Of a stretch of DNA of 64,000 nucleotides, positions 56,807 through 64,000 are shown piece by piece. Source of the DNA: Planctomycetota bacterium. Its GTDB lineage: Bacteria; Planctomycetota; GCA-002687715. A model generated the notes under the pieces. It was not told the origin of the DNA. It was given only the letters and a program-made list of their open reading frames with translations, and made no database searches. Positions within the stretch are counted from its first letter, which is position 1. Each line of letters starts with the position of its first letter. The position numbers were made by a program, and so were the translations under genes. Location: assembly GCA_002687715.1 (NCBI GenBank), contig NZBC01000036.1, forward strand, positions 4,322 through 68,321, in the 5' to 3' direction.

Positions 56807-58168
56807 ATGGAAATCGGCTCTCAAATCACCTTCAGCGGCCTGGCCACGGGACTGGATTCGCGAGCGATCATCGACGCACTGCTGCAAGTCGAGTCGATTC
56901 CGATCCTGCGCATGCAGAATCGGAAGTCGATGCTCAACACCCAGGACAGCGTCTTCTCGACGCTGGACTCCAGGCTTGATGATCTACGGAGCGCGGTCGA
57001 AGCCCTCGACTCGATCGGCGAGCTCGCCAGCTACACGGCGTCATCGTCAGACGAGGACGCGATCAGCGTGACCGCCAGCGGCACAGCGACCGAAGGGACC
57101 AACAGCGTCGACGTCGTCGGGCTGGCGGCGGCCGAGAGTCGCACGACCGGCGGGTACGCCAACGCGGACGCGCTGGACATCGGTACGGGATCGTTCACGA
57201 TCATGGTCGACGGTAACAACTACAACGTCGACCTGAACTCGAGCCCGAACAACACGCTGCAGGACGTCCGCGACGCGATCAACGCGTCGGGCGCCCCCGT
57301 CTCGGCGTCGATCATCGACACCGGTTCCGGCGCGGATCCGTTCCAGCTCGTCATCAACAGCACCGAGACCGGGGCGGAAAACGCATTCTCGGTCGACCTG
57401 ACCGGGTTCACGCCTGTCGAACCGGCGAAGTTCAACATCGACGACATAGCGTCGCGGCTCCAGACGGGGGTGGATGCCCACATCAGGGTCAACAACCTCG
57501 ACGTCTACCGCCCGACCAACACGATCAGCGACGTCATCGAGGGCGTCACGCTCGACATCAAGTCCGTGTCTGCAAGGACCCAGGTGACCGTCAACCGGGA
57601 CAACCAGGGCATCAAGGACAAGGTGCAGAGTTTCCTCGACGCATACAACGACATCGCGACGATCATGGACGCGCAGAATCAGGTCGACGAGGAGGGCTCG
57701 ACGGATGCCGTCCTCTTCGGTGACTCCGGACTGCGAAGCATCGCCTCGCGACTGCGCCAGGCCGTCAACCACAGCCCCGCGTCCCTGACCGGCAACTTCA
57801 CGAGCCTCGCGGCGATCGGCATCACGTCGGATTCGACCGGCAAGCTGAACCTCGACTCGTCCGATTTCGACGCCGCCCTCGCGAGTGACTTCCAGGGCGT
57901 CATGGATCTCTTCACCAGCACGACGGACGGCTCCGCCAAGGAGTTCAAGGCGGCCGTCGACGATCTGACCGACCCGGTCAACGGGATCATCAAGATCCGC
58001 AAGGACGGCATCTCGTCCCGCCAGAGCACCCTCGACGACCGGATCGAAGCGCTGACCAACCGCCTCGCCGACTACGAGGAACGCCTCATCCAACGCTTCG
58101 CGACTCTCGAGACCCAGGTCTCGTCCTTCCAGGCTCAGGGGTCCGCCCTCTCGAGCTTCCAGTTCTGA
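56807..58168 (+). CDS. fliD: flagellar filament capping protein FliD
   Basis: Start ATG 56807 (MEIGSQITFSGLATGLDSRAIIDALLQVESIPI). Track start is a GTG 63 nt upstream. FliD N-terminal and C-terminal coiled-coil domains. 453 aa. Confidence 0.8.
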   Translation: MEIGSQITFSGLATGLDSRAIIDALLQVESIPILRMQNRKSMLNTQDSVFSTLDSRLDDLRSAVEALDSIGELASYTASSSDEDAISVTASGTATEGTNSVDVVGLAAAESRTTGGYANADALDIGTGSFTIMVDGNNYNVDLNSSPNNTLQDVRDAINASGAPVSASIIDTGSGADPFQLVINSTETGAENAFSVDLTGFTPVEPAKFNIDDIASRLQTGVDAHIRVNNLDVYRPTNTISDVIEGVTLDIKSVSARTQVTVNRDNQGIKDKVQSFLDAYNDIATIMDAQNQVDEEGSTDAVLFGDSGLRSIASRLRQAVNHSPASLTGNFTSLAAIGITSDSTGKLNLDSSDFDAALASDFQGVMDLFTSTTDGSAKEFKAAVDDLTDPVNGIIKIRKDGISSRQSTLDDRIEALTNRLADYEERLIQRFATLETQVSSFQAQGSALSSFQF

Positions 58169-58241
58169 TTGCATGGTGTGCGGAGGGGGACCGCGCGCTC
58201 GAGATACCGGCACCCATGGGACACACGACAGGGAGTAATAG

Positions 58242-58625
58242 GTGACCACCGCCACGCAGATCAACGCCGCGCGCCAGTATCAGCGGCAAGCGATCATGAC
58301 GGCCTCGAAAGAGAAGCTCGTCGTCATGTTGTACGACGGCGCGCTCCGGTTCATGGACCGGGGGCTCCACGCGTTCGAGAGCGGCAATACGACGGCAATC
58401 GGCGAGGCTCTCAGCAAGGCGTTCGCCGTCGTCGGCGAGCTGCGGTCGACGATCGACCACGGGCGCGGCGGGACGATCGCTCTGGATCTGGAACGCCTCT
58501 ACGGCTTCATTCAGGACCGCATCGTCCAGGCGAACCGCGACCGCCAAACCGAACCGCTAGTCGCCGCTCGCGAAGTGATGGCCACGCTGAAGGAGGGCTG
58601 GGATGCCATCGTCCGCACCGCTTGA
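58242..58625 (+). CDS. fliS: flagellar export chaperone FliS
   Basis: GTG start after GGGAG. YQRQAIMTASKEKLVVMLYDGALRFM... matches the FliS four-helix bundle. 127 aa. Confidence 0.85.
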   Translation: MTTATQINAARQYQRQAIMTASKEKLVVMLYDGALRFMDRGLHAFESGNTTAIGEALSKAFAVVGELRSTIDHGRGGTIALDLERLYGFIQDRIVQANRDRQTEPLVAAREVMATLKEGWDAIVRTA

Positions 58626-58977
58626 GAACCCGCCGGCAGTGTGGGCGGGCCTCAATCGGCTTCGCGCTATCTCCCGCCTCGTCCTCGTCGCCATCGAACA
58701 AGAAGACCTCGAGCGGGTCGCCGAGCTGTCGAGGGAAAGCGAGACCATCATCGCGGCCCTGAAGAACCACTCCGGACCTTCGGCCGACGCCGAGTTCGTG
58801 CGGACTCTGCTCGACGAGATCGGGCAGGCGAATCGCAGGATCGTCGAAGAGCTGAAGGAGCGGATGTTCGACACTTCGCGTGAGCTCGCCCGGACCCGCG
58901 AGACCCGCTACCGCCTCCGCGCGGCCGGCATGCCGGGACCAGCGCCGACGAGCTCCATACTCGACCGCGAAGGTTGA
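58603..58977 (+). CDS. FliT-like small helical protein
   Basis: 124 aa. AAGGAGGG Shine-Dalgarno. Overlaps the fliS 3' end by 23 nt. Helical with an acidic centre. Sits in the fliD-fliS-fliT position. Confidence 0.4.
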   Translation: MPSSAPLENPPAVWAGLNRLRAISRLVLVAIEQEDLERVAELSRESETIIAALKNHSGPSADAEFVRTLLDEIGQANRRIVEELKERMFDTSRELARTRETRYRLRAAGMPGPAPTSSILDREG

Positions 58978-59112
58978 TGACCGCCTGGGCGGCACCCTGC
59001 GCCGCGGGCCGAGGAGTCCCACCCGAGCCGCGTCGGTCGAAACCAACGCCCGCGACGAGGTTTCTTTCGGGAAAGACCGCCCTCGGGCGCGTGTACCCAG
59101 AGTACTTCTCCG

Positions 59113-59120
59113 GCCGATAG
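59113..59120 (+). promoter_or_regulatory. candidate sigma28 (FliA) -10 element GCCGATAG
   Basis: 7/8 match to GCCGATAA, 14 nt upstream of the ATG of the rod-domain gene. The -35 TAAA is not convincing. Confidence 0.3.
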
Positions 59121-59133
59121 ATGAGCAGAAGGC

Positions 59134-59457
59134 ATGTCTCGCATGCCTATCTGGAGGACCCCGTTGATCCAAGCCTTGTACACCGCCGCCTCCGGCATCG
59201 CCCTCGGACGCAGACAGCTCGACGCCGCCGCGAACAACGTGGCCAACGCGTCGACACCGGGGTTCGAGCGATCAGAGGTCGTCGGCGTCGCGGACCCCGC
59301 AGGAGGCGTGACGCCGACCGTGGTGCCGGGGGTGGATGACGGAATCGCAGCCGACCTGGTCCAGACCATCCTCGCCAAGCACACGGTGAAAGCGAATGCG
59401 GCCATGTTCCGTCGCGCCAATGCCGTTGCCGGTGAGTTGATCGACCTGATCGGCTGA
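59134..59457 (+). CDS. minimal flagellar rod-family protein (FlgB-like, N- and C-terminal rod motifs only)
   Basis: 107 aa. N-terminal AASGIALGRRQLDAAANNVANASTPGFER and C-terminal DLVQTILAKHTVKANAAMFRRANAVAGELIDL match both conserved ends of Flg_bb_rod proteins. Confidence 0.55.
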   Translation: MSRMPIWRTPLIQALYTAASGIALGRRQLDAAANNVANASTPGFERSEVVGVADPAGGVTPTVVPGVDDGIAADLVQTILAKHTVKANAAMFRRANAVAGELIDLIG

Positions 59458-59515
59458 GATCGAAAGAGGGAAAGCGCGACGCCCATTGGCGTGTCGTGAT
59501 TGGGAAGGACCAGCC

Positions 59516-61132
59516 GTGGCGAAGAAGAAGAACCCGCGCATCAGCCTCTGTATGATCGTCAAGAACGAAGAGGCGCTCCTCCCGCGGTGCCTCGACGCCG
59601 CCAAGCCTTTCGTCGACGAGATCATCGTGGTCGACACGGGCTCCACCGATGCGACGATCGAGATCGCGCGCGGCTTTGGCGCGAAGGTCTCCGAGTACCC
59701 CTGGAACGACCACTTTGCCGAGGCGCGCAACGTCGCTCTCGAGCAAGCCACGGGCGACTGGATCCTCTCTCTGGACGCGGACGAGGTCCTCTCGGAGCTC
59801 GCGGGTCGCGACCTCAGAAAGGCCGCCAGGAAGTCCCAGTACATCGGCGCCTACATCCCCCTCCGCGACCGCGGCGACAGCGGGAAGGAGACGGTCTCGC
59901 TGATGTTCCGGGCCTGGCGGAACAAGCCCGAGATCCGCTGGCGCTATCGCCTTCACGAGCAGGTCCTGCCCGACGCCCTCCCATTCGTCCGCGACCACGG
60001 GATGCGCCTCGCGCAGCTCTCCGGCGAGATCTTCCACGACGGATATCGAGCCGAGATCATGGAGGCCAAGAACAAGGACGAGCGAAACGAACGTCTGTAC
60101 GACCTCCAACTGGCGGAATCACCCGACGACCTCTACGTCCTCTACAAGTACGCGGACTTTCTCCGCCAGGACGAGGACCGCCGCCACGAGGCGATGGAAC
60201 CGCTCCGGCGCGCCTACGACGCCATGCATCAGCTCGAAGACGGGCGCCGCAAGGAGTTCACGTTCACGGGTGAGATATGCGCGCTCCTCGCGCTAGATCT
60301 CCAACGCTCCGATCGCCCGGACGGCACACTCGAGATCACCCGCTTCGGCATCGACCACTGCCGCCATACCGCGCACCTGTGGTACGCCCACGCCAACTCG
60401 CTGTCATTCGAAGGCGAATGGGAAGAAGCCGAGTCGGCGTTCCGTGAGTGCATCGGCTACCACGGCCGCCCGATGCACATCCCGCCTCAAGCCCACATCA
60501 CGGGCGCTGCCGCCCGCAAGGGTCTCGTCCGCGCCCTCGCCCACCAGACCAGGAACGAGGACGCGAGCGAGGAAGCCTGGCGCATCGCCCAGGACTACCC
60601 CGACGACGCGGAAGCCCTGGCCCTCTTCGTCGACGTGAGTTGCATCGCCAAAGATCTGGCTGGCGTCACCAGGCGGCTCATCGAGCGGGTCCAGCAGCGC
60701 CCGCTCTGCGGCAACACCTGGTTCAAGGGCGGCGAGCTCTTCTTTCGCCTCCGACTGTTCGAGAAAGCGCTCCCCTGGATCATGCGCGCAGCCGAACTCC
60801 TCGAAGACCCCGGCCCCGCCAACGGCCTCCTCGGCGAGTGCCTTCTCGCCGCCGGCCACTACGAACCGGCCATCGACGCGTTCTCACGAGGCCTCCCCGA
60901 CGACCTCCGCTGTCGCGCGGGCATCCTCCTCATGTCCCTCGCCTACAACATCGAACTCGCGGAACCCCTGGACCCCGCCGACGAGAGCCTCCGCACCGAG
61001 GTCCGCCGCATGATCGGCAACCTCCGGGAGCTCGGGCACGACCGCCTGCAACATCGCCTTCACGAGGCAGCGCCGCAACTGGAAGAGACCGACCCCGTCG
61101 CCCACCGGTTCCTGGAGGCTGCGCTGGGCTAG
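59516..61132 (+). CDS. GT2-family glycosyltransferase fused to a C-terminal TPR-like domain (candidate flagellin glycosyltransferase)
   Basis: Preferred start GTG 59516 (MAKKKNPRISLCMIVKNEE) with GGGAAGGA Shine-Dalgarno. Track start is a TTG at 59486. GT-A signature (IVVDTGSTD, DAD..L). The C-terminal 300 aa are helical/TPR-like. Located directly downstream of fliC-fliD-fliS. Confidence 0.65.
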   Translation: MAKKKNPRISLCMIVKNEEALLPRCLDAAKPFVDEIIVVDTGSTDATIEIARGFGAKVSEYPWNDHFAEARNVALEQATGDWILSLDADEVLSELAGRDLRKAARKSQYIGAYIPLRDRGDSGKETVSLMFRAWRNKPEIRWRYRLHEQVLPDALPFVRDHGMRLAQLSGEIFHDGYRAEIMEAKNKDERNERLYDLQLAESPDDLYVLYKYADFLRQDEDRRHEAMEPLRRAYDAMHQLEDGRRKEFTFTGEICALLALDLQRSDRPDGTLEITRFGIDHCRHTAHLWYAHANSLSFEGEWEEAESAFRECIGYHGRPMHIPPQAHITGAAARKGLVRALAHQTRNEDASEEAWRIAQDYPDDAEALALFVDVSCIAKDLAGVTRRLIERVQQRPLCGNTWFKGGELFFRLRLFEKALPWIMRAAELLEDPGPANGLLGECLLAAGHYEPAIDAFSRGLPDDLRCRAGILLMSLAYNIELAEPLDPADESLRTEVRRMIGNLRELGHDRLQHRLHEAAPQLEETDPVAHRFLEAALG

Positions 61133-61160
61133 ATCGGCCGTAGGAAGACAGAGGAGAAAA

Positions 61161-61215
61161 GGAGAACCCAGGAACCCAAGAACCATGTTTCTGCTCCTGG
61201 GTTCCTGGGTTCTCC
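61161..61215. terminator. bidirectional terminator: perfect 18-bp inverted repeat GGAGAACCCAGGAACCCA ... TGGGTTCCTGGGTTCTCC
   Basis: Read directly. It sits between the convergent GT2-TPR (+) and pcnB (-) genes. The loop contains an extra AGAA/TTCT pairing. Confidence 0.6.
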
Positions 61216-61254
61216 TTAGCTCTCTGCTCCCCTGATCTCCGGCCACGCGGCCGC

Positions 61255-62499
61255 CTAGACCTTCCCCTCCCACGCCTCGATCGTGTCGAGGAATCGCCCC
61301 CGCGTCTCGCCCTGGATCTTGAAGAGGAGCCACGCTGCGCGGAAGTATTCGCGGCTCATGAACTGGCCGATGGAAGCCCGGCGGCGCTTGCCCTTGACGA
61401 AGCCGGCGAGACGGCGCTGGGCGACGAGGATCTGCTTCAGGCGGTAGACGTCGCGTCGGGACATGTGGAGCCGGATGGCGATCGGACGGAGCAGGCGCTC
61501 GGTGAGGAGGTTGAGATCGCGAACGCCGTTCTGCGAGTTCTCGTCGTAGAGAGGCCGGTCGAAGAGGTTGAGGAAGACGCAGGCGAGCATGACGACGTGG
61601 TCGATGGACTCGCCGGAGCGGACGCGGCGGTCGAGCTCTTCGAGGTAGCCCCACATCGGCGACTCGATGCCGGCGGCAAAGCAGCGCTCGAGGTCCTCCG
61701 CGATCTCCGGCAACATGACCTGCATGAGGCCGGACTTGTAGAGGAGCCGGATCGACTGGAGCGCGCCGCCCCGATTGAGAAGGCGGAAGATCTCCTCGAG
61801 CAGGCGCGGGGCGGCGGCCTTGTTGAGATCGTCGCGGCAGTCGAGCATCGCCTGGTAGACGTCGTCGGCGAAGGTGAAGTTGATACGGCCGGCGAACTTG
61901 ATCGCGCGCAGCATGCGCACCGGGTCCTCGCGGAAGCGGACCCAGGGGTCGCCGATGGTCTCGATGACCCGGCGGTCGAGGTCGTCAAGGCCGCCGACGT
62001 AGTCGATCAACTCCCCCGACCGAACGTCGTAGAACAGGCCATTGATCGTAAAGTCGCGGCGACGCGCGTCCTCGCCGGCGGTGCCGAAGACGTTGTCGTG
62101 ACGGATCATCGGGTCGTCGGCGTCCGCGGGCGTTTCCACCTGGGCCCGGAACGTCGAGACGTCGAGCACCTTGTCCTGGAACGTCACGTGCACGAGGCGA
62201 AAGCGGCGACCGATGATCCGGCTGTTGCGGAACAGGCGCTTCACCTGACGAGGAGTCGCCTCGGTGGCGATGTCGAAGTCCTTCGGCTCGACCCGCAGCA
62301 TGAGGTCGCGAACGCAGCCGCCGACGAGATACGCCGTGAACCCGTGGTGGTTGAGACGGCGGAGGACCTTGACGGCGTCCGGGTCGAGCGTCCGGTAGGA
62401 GAAGCGACCGTCCGCCTTGACCCGGGTCGGCTCGGTTACTCCGGAGACGCCGTTGCGACGCACCACCATTCCGCGACCAAGAATGGCGCTCAGTCCCAT
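61255..62499 (-). CDS. pcnB: poly(A) polymerase I / CCA-adding-enzyme family nucleotidyltransferase
   Basis: Conserved head domain (LVGGCVRDLML..PKDFDIAT...RDFTINGLFYD) and PcnB-type Arg-rich C-terminal region. Start set at M64 of the track ORF (MGLSAILGRG). M52 and M74 are alternatives. Confidence 0.75.
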   Translation of the reverse strand: MGLSAILGRGMVVRRNGVSGVTEPTRVKADGRFSYRTLDPDAVKVLRRLNHHGFTAYLVGGCVRDLMLRVEPKDFDIATEATPRQVKRLFRNSRIIGRRFRLVHVTFQDKVLDVSTFRAQVETPADADDPMIRHDNVFGTAGEDARRRDFTINGLFYDVRSGELIDYVGGLDDLDRRVIETIGDPWVRFREDPVRMLRAIKFAGRINFTFADDVYQAMLDCRDDLNKAAAPRLLEEIFRLLNRGGALQSIRLLYKSGLMQVMLPEIAEDLERCFAAGIESPMWGYLEELDRRVRSGESIDHVVMLACVFLNLFDRPLYDENSQNGVRDLNLLTERLLRPIAIRLHMSRRDVYRLKQILVAQRRLAGFVKGKRRRASIGQFMSREYFRAAWLLFKIQGETRGRFLDTIEAWEGKV

Positions 62500-62692
62500 G
62501 CGGCTCTTGCGAGCTATCCCCAAGCTTCTCGGCATCAAGGTGTTAGCGAAGAAACGGCGCGGCTCGTGGTGATGCACACCCTCCCGGGCGCGATCACTCG
62601 CGCTCGGCAGGCTCACTGCGCACCGAGCGGCCATCGAGGCAGTGGTTAGACTACGCGGGTTCAACGATTTGCGCACGGAAAGGGACACACGA

Positions 62693-64000
62693 ATGGCAGC
62701 GGTGACGTGTCACGCCTGTGGGGGCTACTTCGAGGTCGACTTCGCGCCCGGTACCCAGTTCACCTGTGGCGCTTGCGGTGCCACTCTCGCCGTACCGGTC
62801 GCTCCGGTCGCCCAACCGGTCCAGCCGGCGGCCCCTCCGCCCGTGACCCCGGCTGCCTCCGCAGCTCCGGTCGCCCCCGCGATCCGGCCCCGCTCGGCTG
62901 CCCCCATGGGCAAACCTCGCCCGGGAGCGGCAGCGCGCCGCCGGGCCGCCGACCCGATCCCGGCCAAGAAGCCCATACCCACGGGATCCGCTGACCTCCC
63001 TCGATCCGGCCTTCACCAGGCGCTGGGCACCGGCAGCAAGAAGAACAACACGGTCATGATTGCCGCCGCGGGCGGCGGGATGCTCCTCCTCGCCGTCATC
63101 GTCATCATCGTGGTTTCGAGCGGCGGCAAGGACGGGAACGCCGCCGGGCCCGGCGGCGAGCGCGTGAAGACCGAGAAGGACTTCGATCCCTACGACGTCG
63201 CACGCACCAAGGCCCAGAACGGCAACTACGACGAGACCAAGCGCCTCGCGGAGATGGCCTGGAACCGGTTCAACAGCGCCAAGGGCCGGAACGCGGAAGA
63301 CGAGAAGAAGTACCGCCGCCACTGGCGGTGGGCGTACAAGCAGATCCTCCGCAGGGAACCCCAGAACGCCATCGCGCACGAACGCATGGGCGACATCCTC
63401 TTCGACCTCAAGGAGGCGCAGTCCCTCGCCGATCTCGAGGCGGTCTCCGAGAGCGTCCGCGACGACCTCCTCATGCTCATCGAGGACATCGAAGCGAACC
63501 ACGAGGCAAGCCTGAAGAAGAACCGCGGTCGCCTGTGGCTGGAGCCCCGCGACAAGGAGGCGAAGGCCTGGCTCGACCTCAAGGGCAGGCTCGAGAAGCA
63601 TCGCAAGGCCACGACCGAACGGGCCACCGACTCGTTCTATCCCGAAGCCGAGCGCTACGGCAACAAGCTCGCGAGCGACCTCGCGTCCGACCTCGTCGAC
63701 TTCCGACTCGACGGGATAAAGGACGCGCCGTTCTCCGTGTTCGTCCACAAGCCGTACGTCTTCATCGTGCAGCGCGCATCGGCCGGGTTCGAGGATCGCG
63801 TCGCATCCAAGTGGAATGACGTGCTCCAGCAGCTCCTCGAGACGTTCTACGGCGAGTATGGCGAGGGCGCGAACCTGACGCCAATCACCAAGCCGACCCC
63901 GATCGTCATCCTGCGCAAGGCGAGCGAGTACACGAAGTACATGGTGCGCAACGACACCGACGACCAGTCACCGACTCCCGTCACGAGCGCAGGCCACTTC
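62693..64000 (+). CDS. zinc-ribbon / Pro-rich / single-TM protein, unknown function (runs off window end)
   Basis: Hand-translated open frame from ATG 62693 (AAAGGGA Shine-Dalgarno) to the window edge with no stop. It is not in the ORF track. N-terminal CHACGGYF...CGACG zinc ribbon, Pro/Ala-rich linker, TM helix (VMIAAAGGGMLLLAVIVIIVV), then a charged helical domain. Confidence 0.5.
   Translation, partial: MAAVTCHACGGYFEVDFAPGTQFTCGACGATLAVPVAPVAQPVQPAAPPPVTPAASAAPVAPAIRPRSAAPMGKPRPGAAARRRAADPIPAKKPIPTGSADLPRSGLHQALGTGSKKNNTVMIAAAGGGMLLLAVIVIIVVSSGGKDGNAAGPGGERVKTEKDFDPYDVARTKAQNGNYDETKRLAEMAWNRFNSAKGRNAEDEKKYRRHWRWAYKQILRREPQNAIAHERMGDILFDLKEAQSLADLEAVSESVRDDLLMLIEDIEANHEASLKKNRGRLWLEPRDKEAKAWLDLKGRLEKHRKATTERATDSFYPEAERYGNKLASDLASDLVDFRLDGIKDAPFSVFVHKPYVFIVQRASAGFEDRVASKWNDVLQQLLETFYGEYGEGANLTPITKPTPIVILRKASEYTKYMVRNDTDDQSPTPVTSAGHF

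Noticed and set aside
57047-58264. 405-aa minus-strand ORF
   Set aside because: Antisense to fliD. GC-bias artefact.

Overview
This is a high-GC (~68-70%) bacterial chromosomal segment with dense coding, frequent ATGA/GTGA start-stop overlaps, and no rRNA, tRNA, CRISPR or mobile element that I could recognise by eye. The long antisense ORFs in the track are GC-bias artefacts; I re-derived several starts by hand.

Gene order along the window:
- 1-2.5 kb: small membrane protein, lipoprotein, DinB-like protein and a HEAT-repeat protein.
- 2.5-4.7 kb: secreted DUF1570-like HExxH protein.
- 4.8-8.2 kb (minus): putative PerR operon. Order is Fur-family regulator, rubrerythrin, CCG-type Fe-S protein, DUF3501, Cys-rich protein.
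- 8.2-11.4 kb: amidohydrolase and M28 peptidase.
- 11.4-17.9 kb: divergent nucleotide-sugar cluster. It encodes RfbF-type CDP-glucose synthase, an RfbG-like dehydratase, an RmlC-like epimerase, a C-methyltransferase, a ketoreductase, a CmcI-type O-methyltransferase and a GT2-like transferase.
- 17.9-24 kb: candidate cell-wall recycling locus. It has M14 and C26 peptidases, two Gfo/Idh/MocA oxidoreductases, and a beta-lactamase-fold::DUF1343 (NamZ-like) fusion.
- 24.2-33.1 kb: Zn-ADH, then a plus-strand operon of a TPR protein, a prenyltransferase-repeat lipoprotein and a 1211-aa membrane sulfatase-like protein.
- 33.6-36.2 kb: BlaI/CopY-type repressor with tandem TACA-N2-TGTA operator boxes. 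It is divergent from a thioredoxin-fold gene interrupted by an in-frame TGA (selenoprotein candidate or pseudogene), followed by an SDR.
- 36.3-37.9 kb: PQQ-dependent sugar dehydrogenase.
- 37.9-53.9 kb (minus): large sigma54-driven flagellar operon. Order is TM protein, two TPR proteins, PAS histidine kinase, sigma54 activator, flgBC, fliEFGHIJ, YlxF-like, motA, motB x2, fliL x2.
- 54.0-55.4 kb: second sigma54 activator.
- 55.8-61.1 kb: fliC, a 32-aa micro-ORF, fliD, fliS, a FliT-like ORF, a mini rod protein, and a GT2-TPR candidate flagellin glycosyltransferase.
- 61.3-62.5 kb: poly(A) polymerase.
- 62.7-64.0 kb: Zn-ribbon/TM protein running off the window.

Lineage cannot be assigned from sequence alone. 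The gene content (DUF1570, HEAT/TPR, sulfatase-like) is reminiscent of Planctomycetota- or Gemmatimonadota-like genomes.
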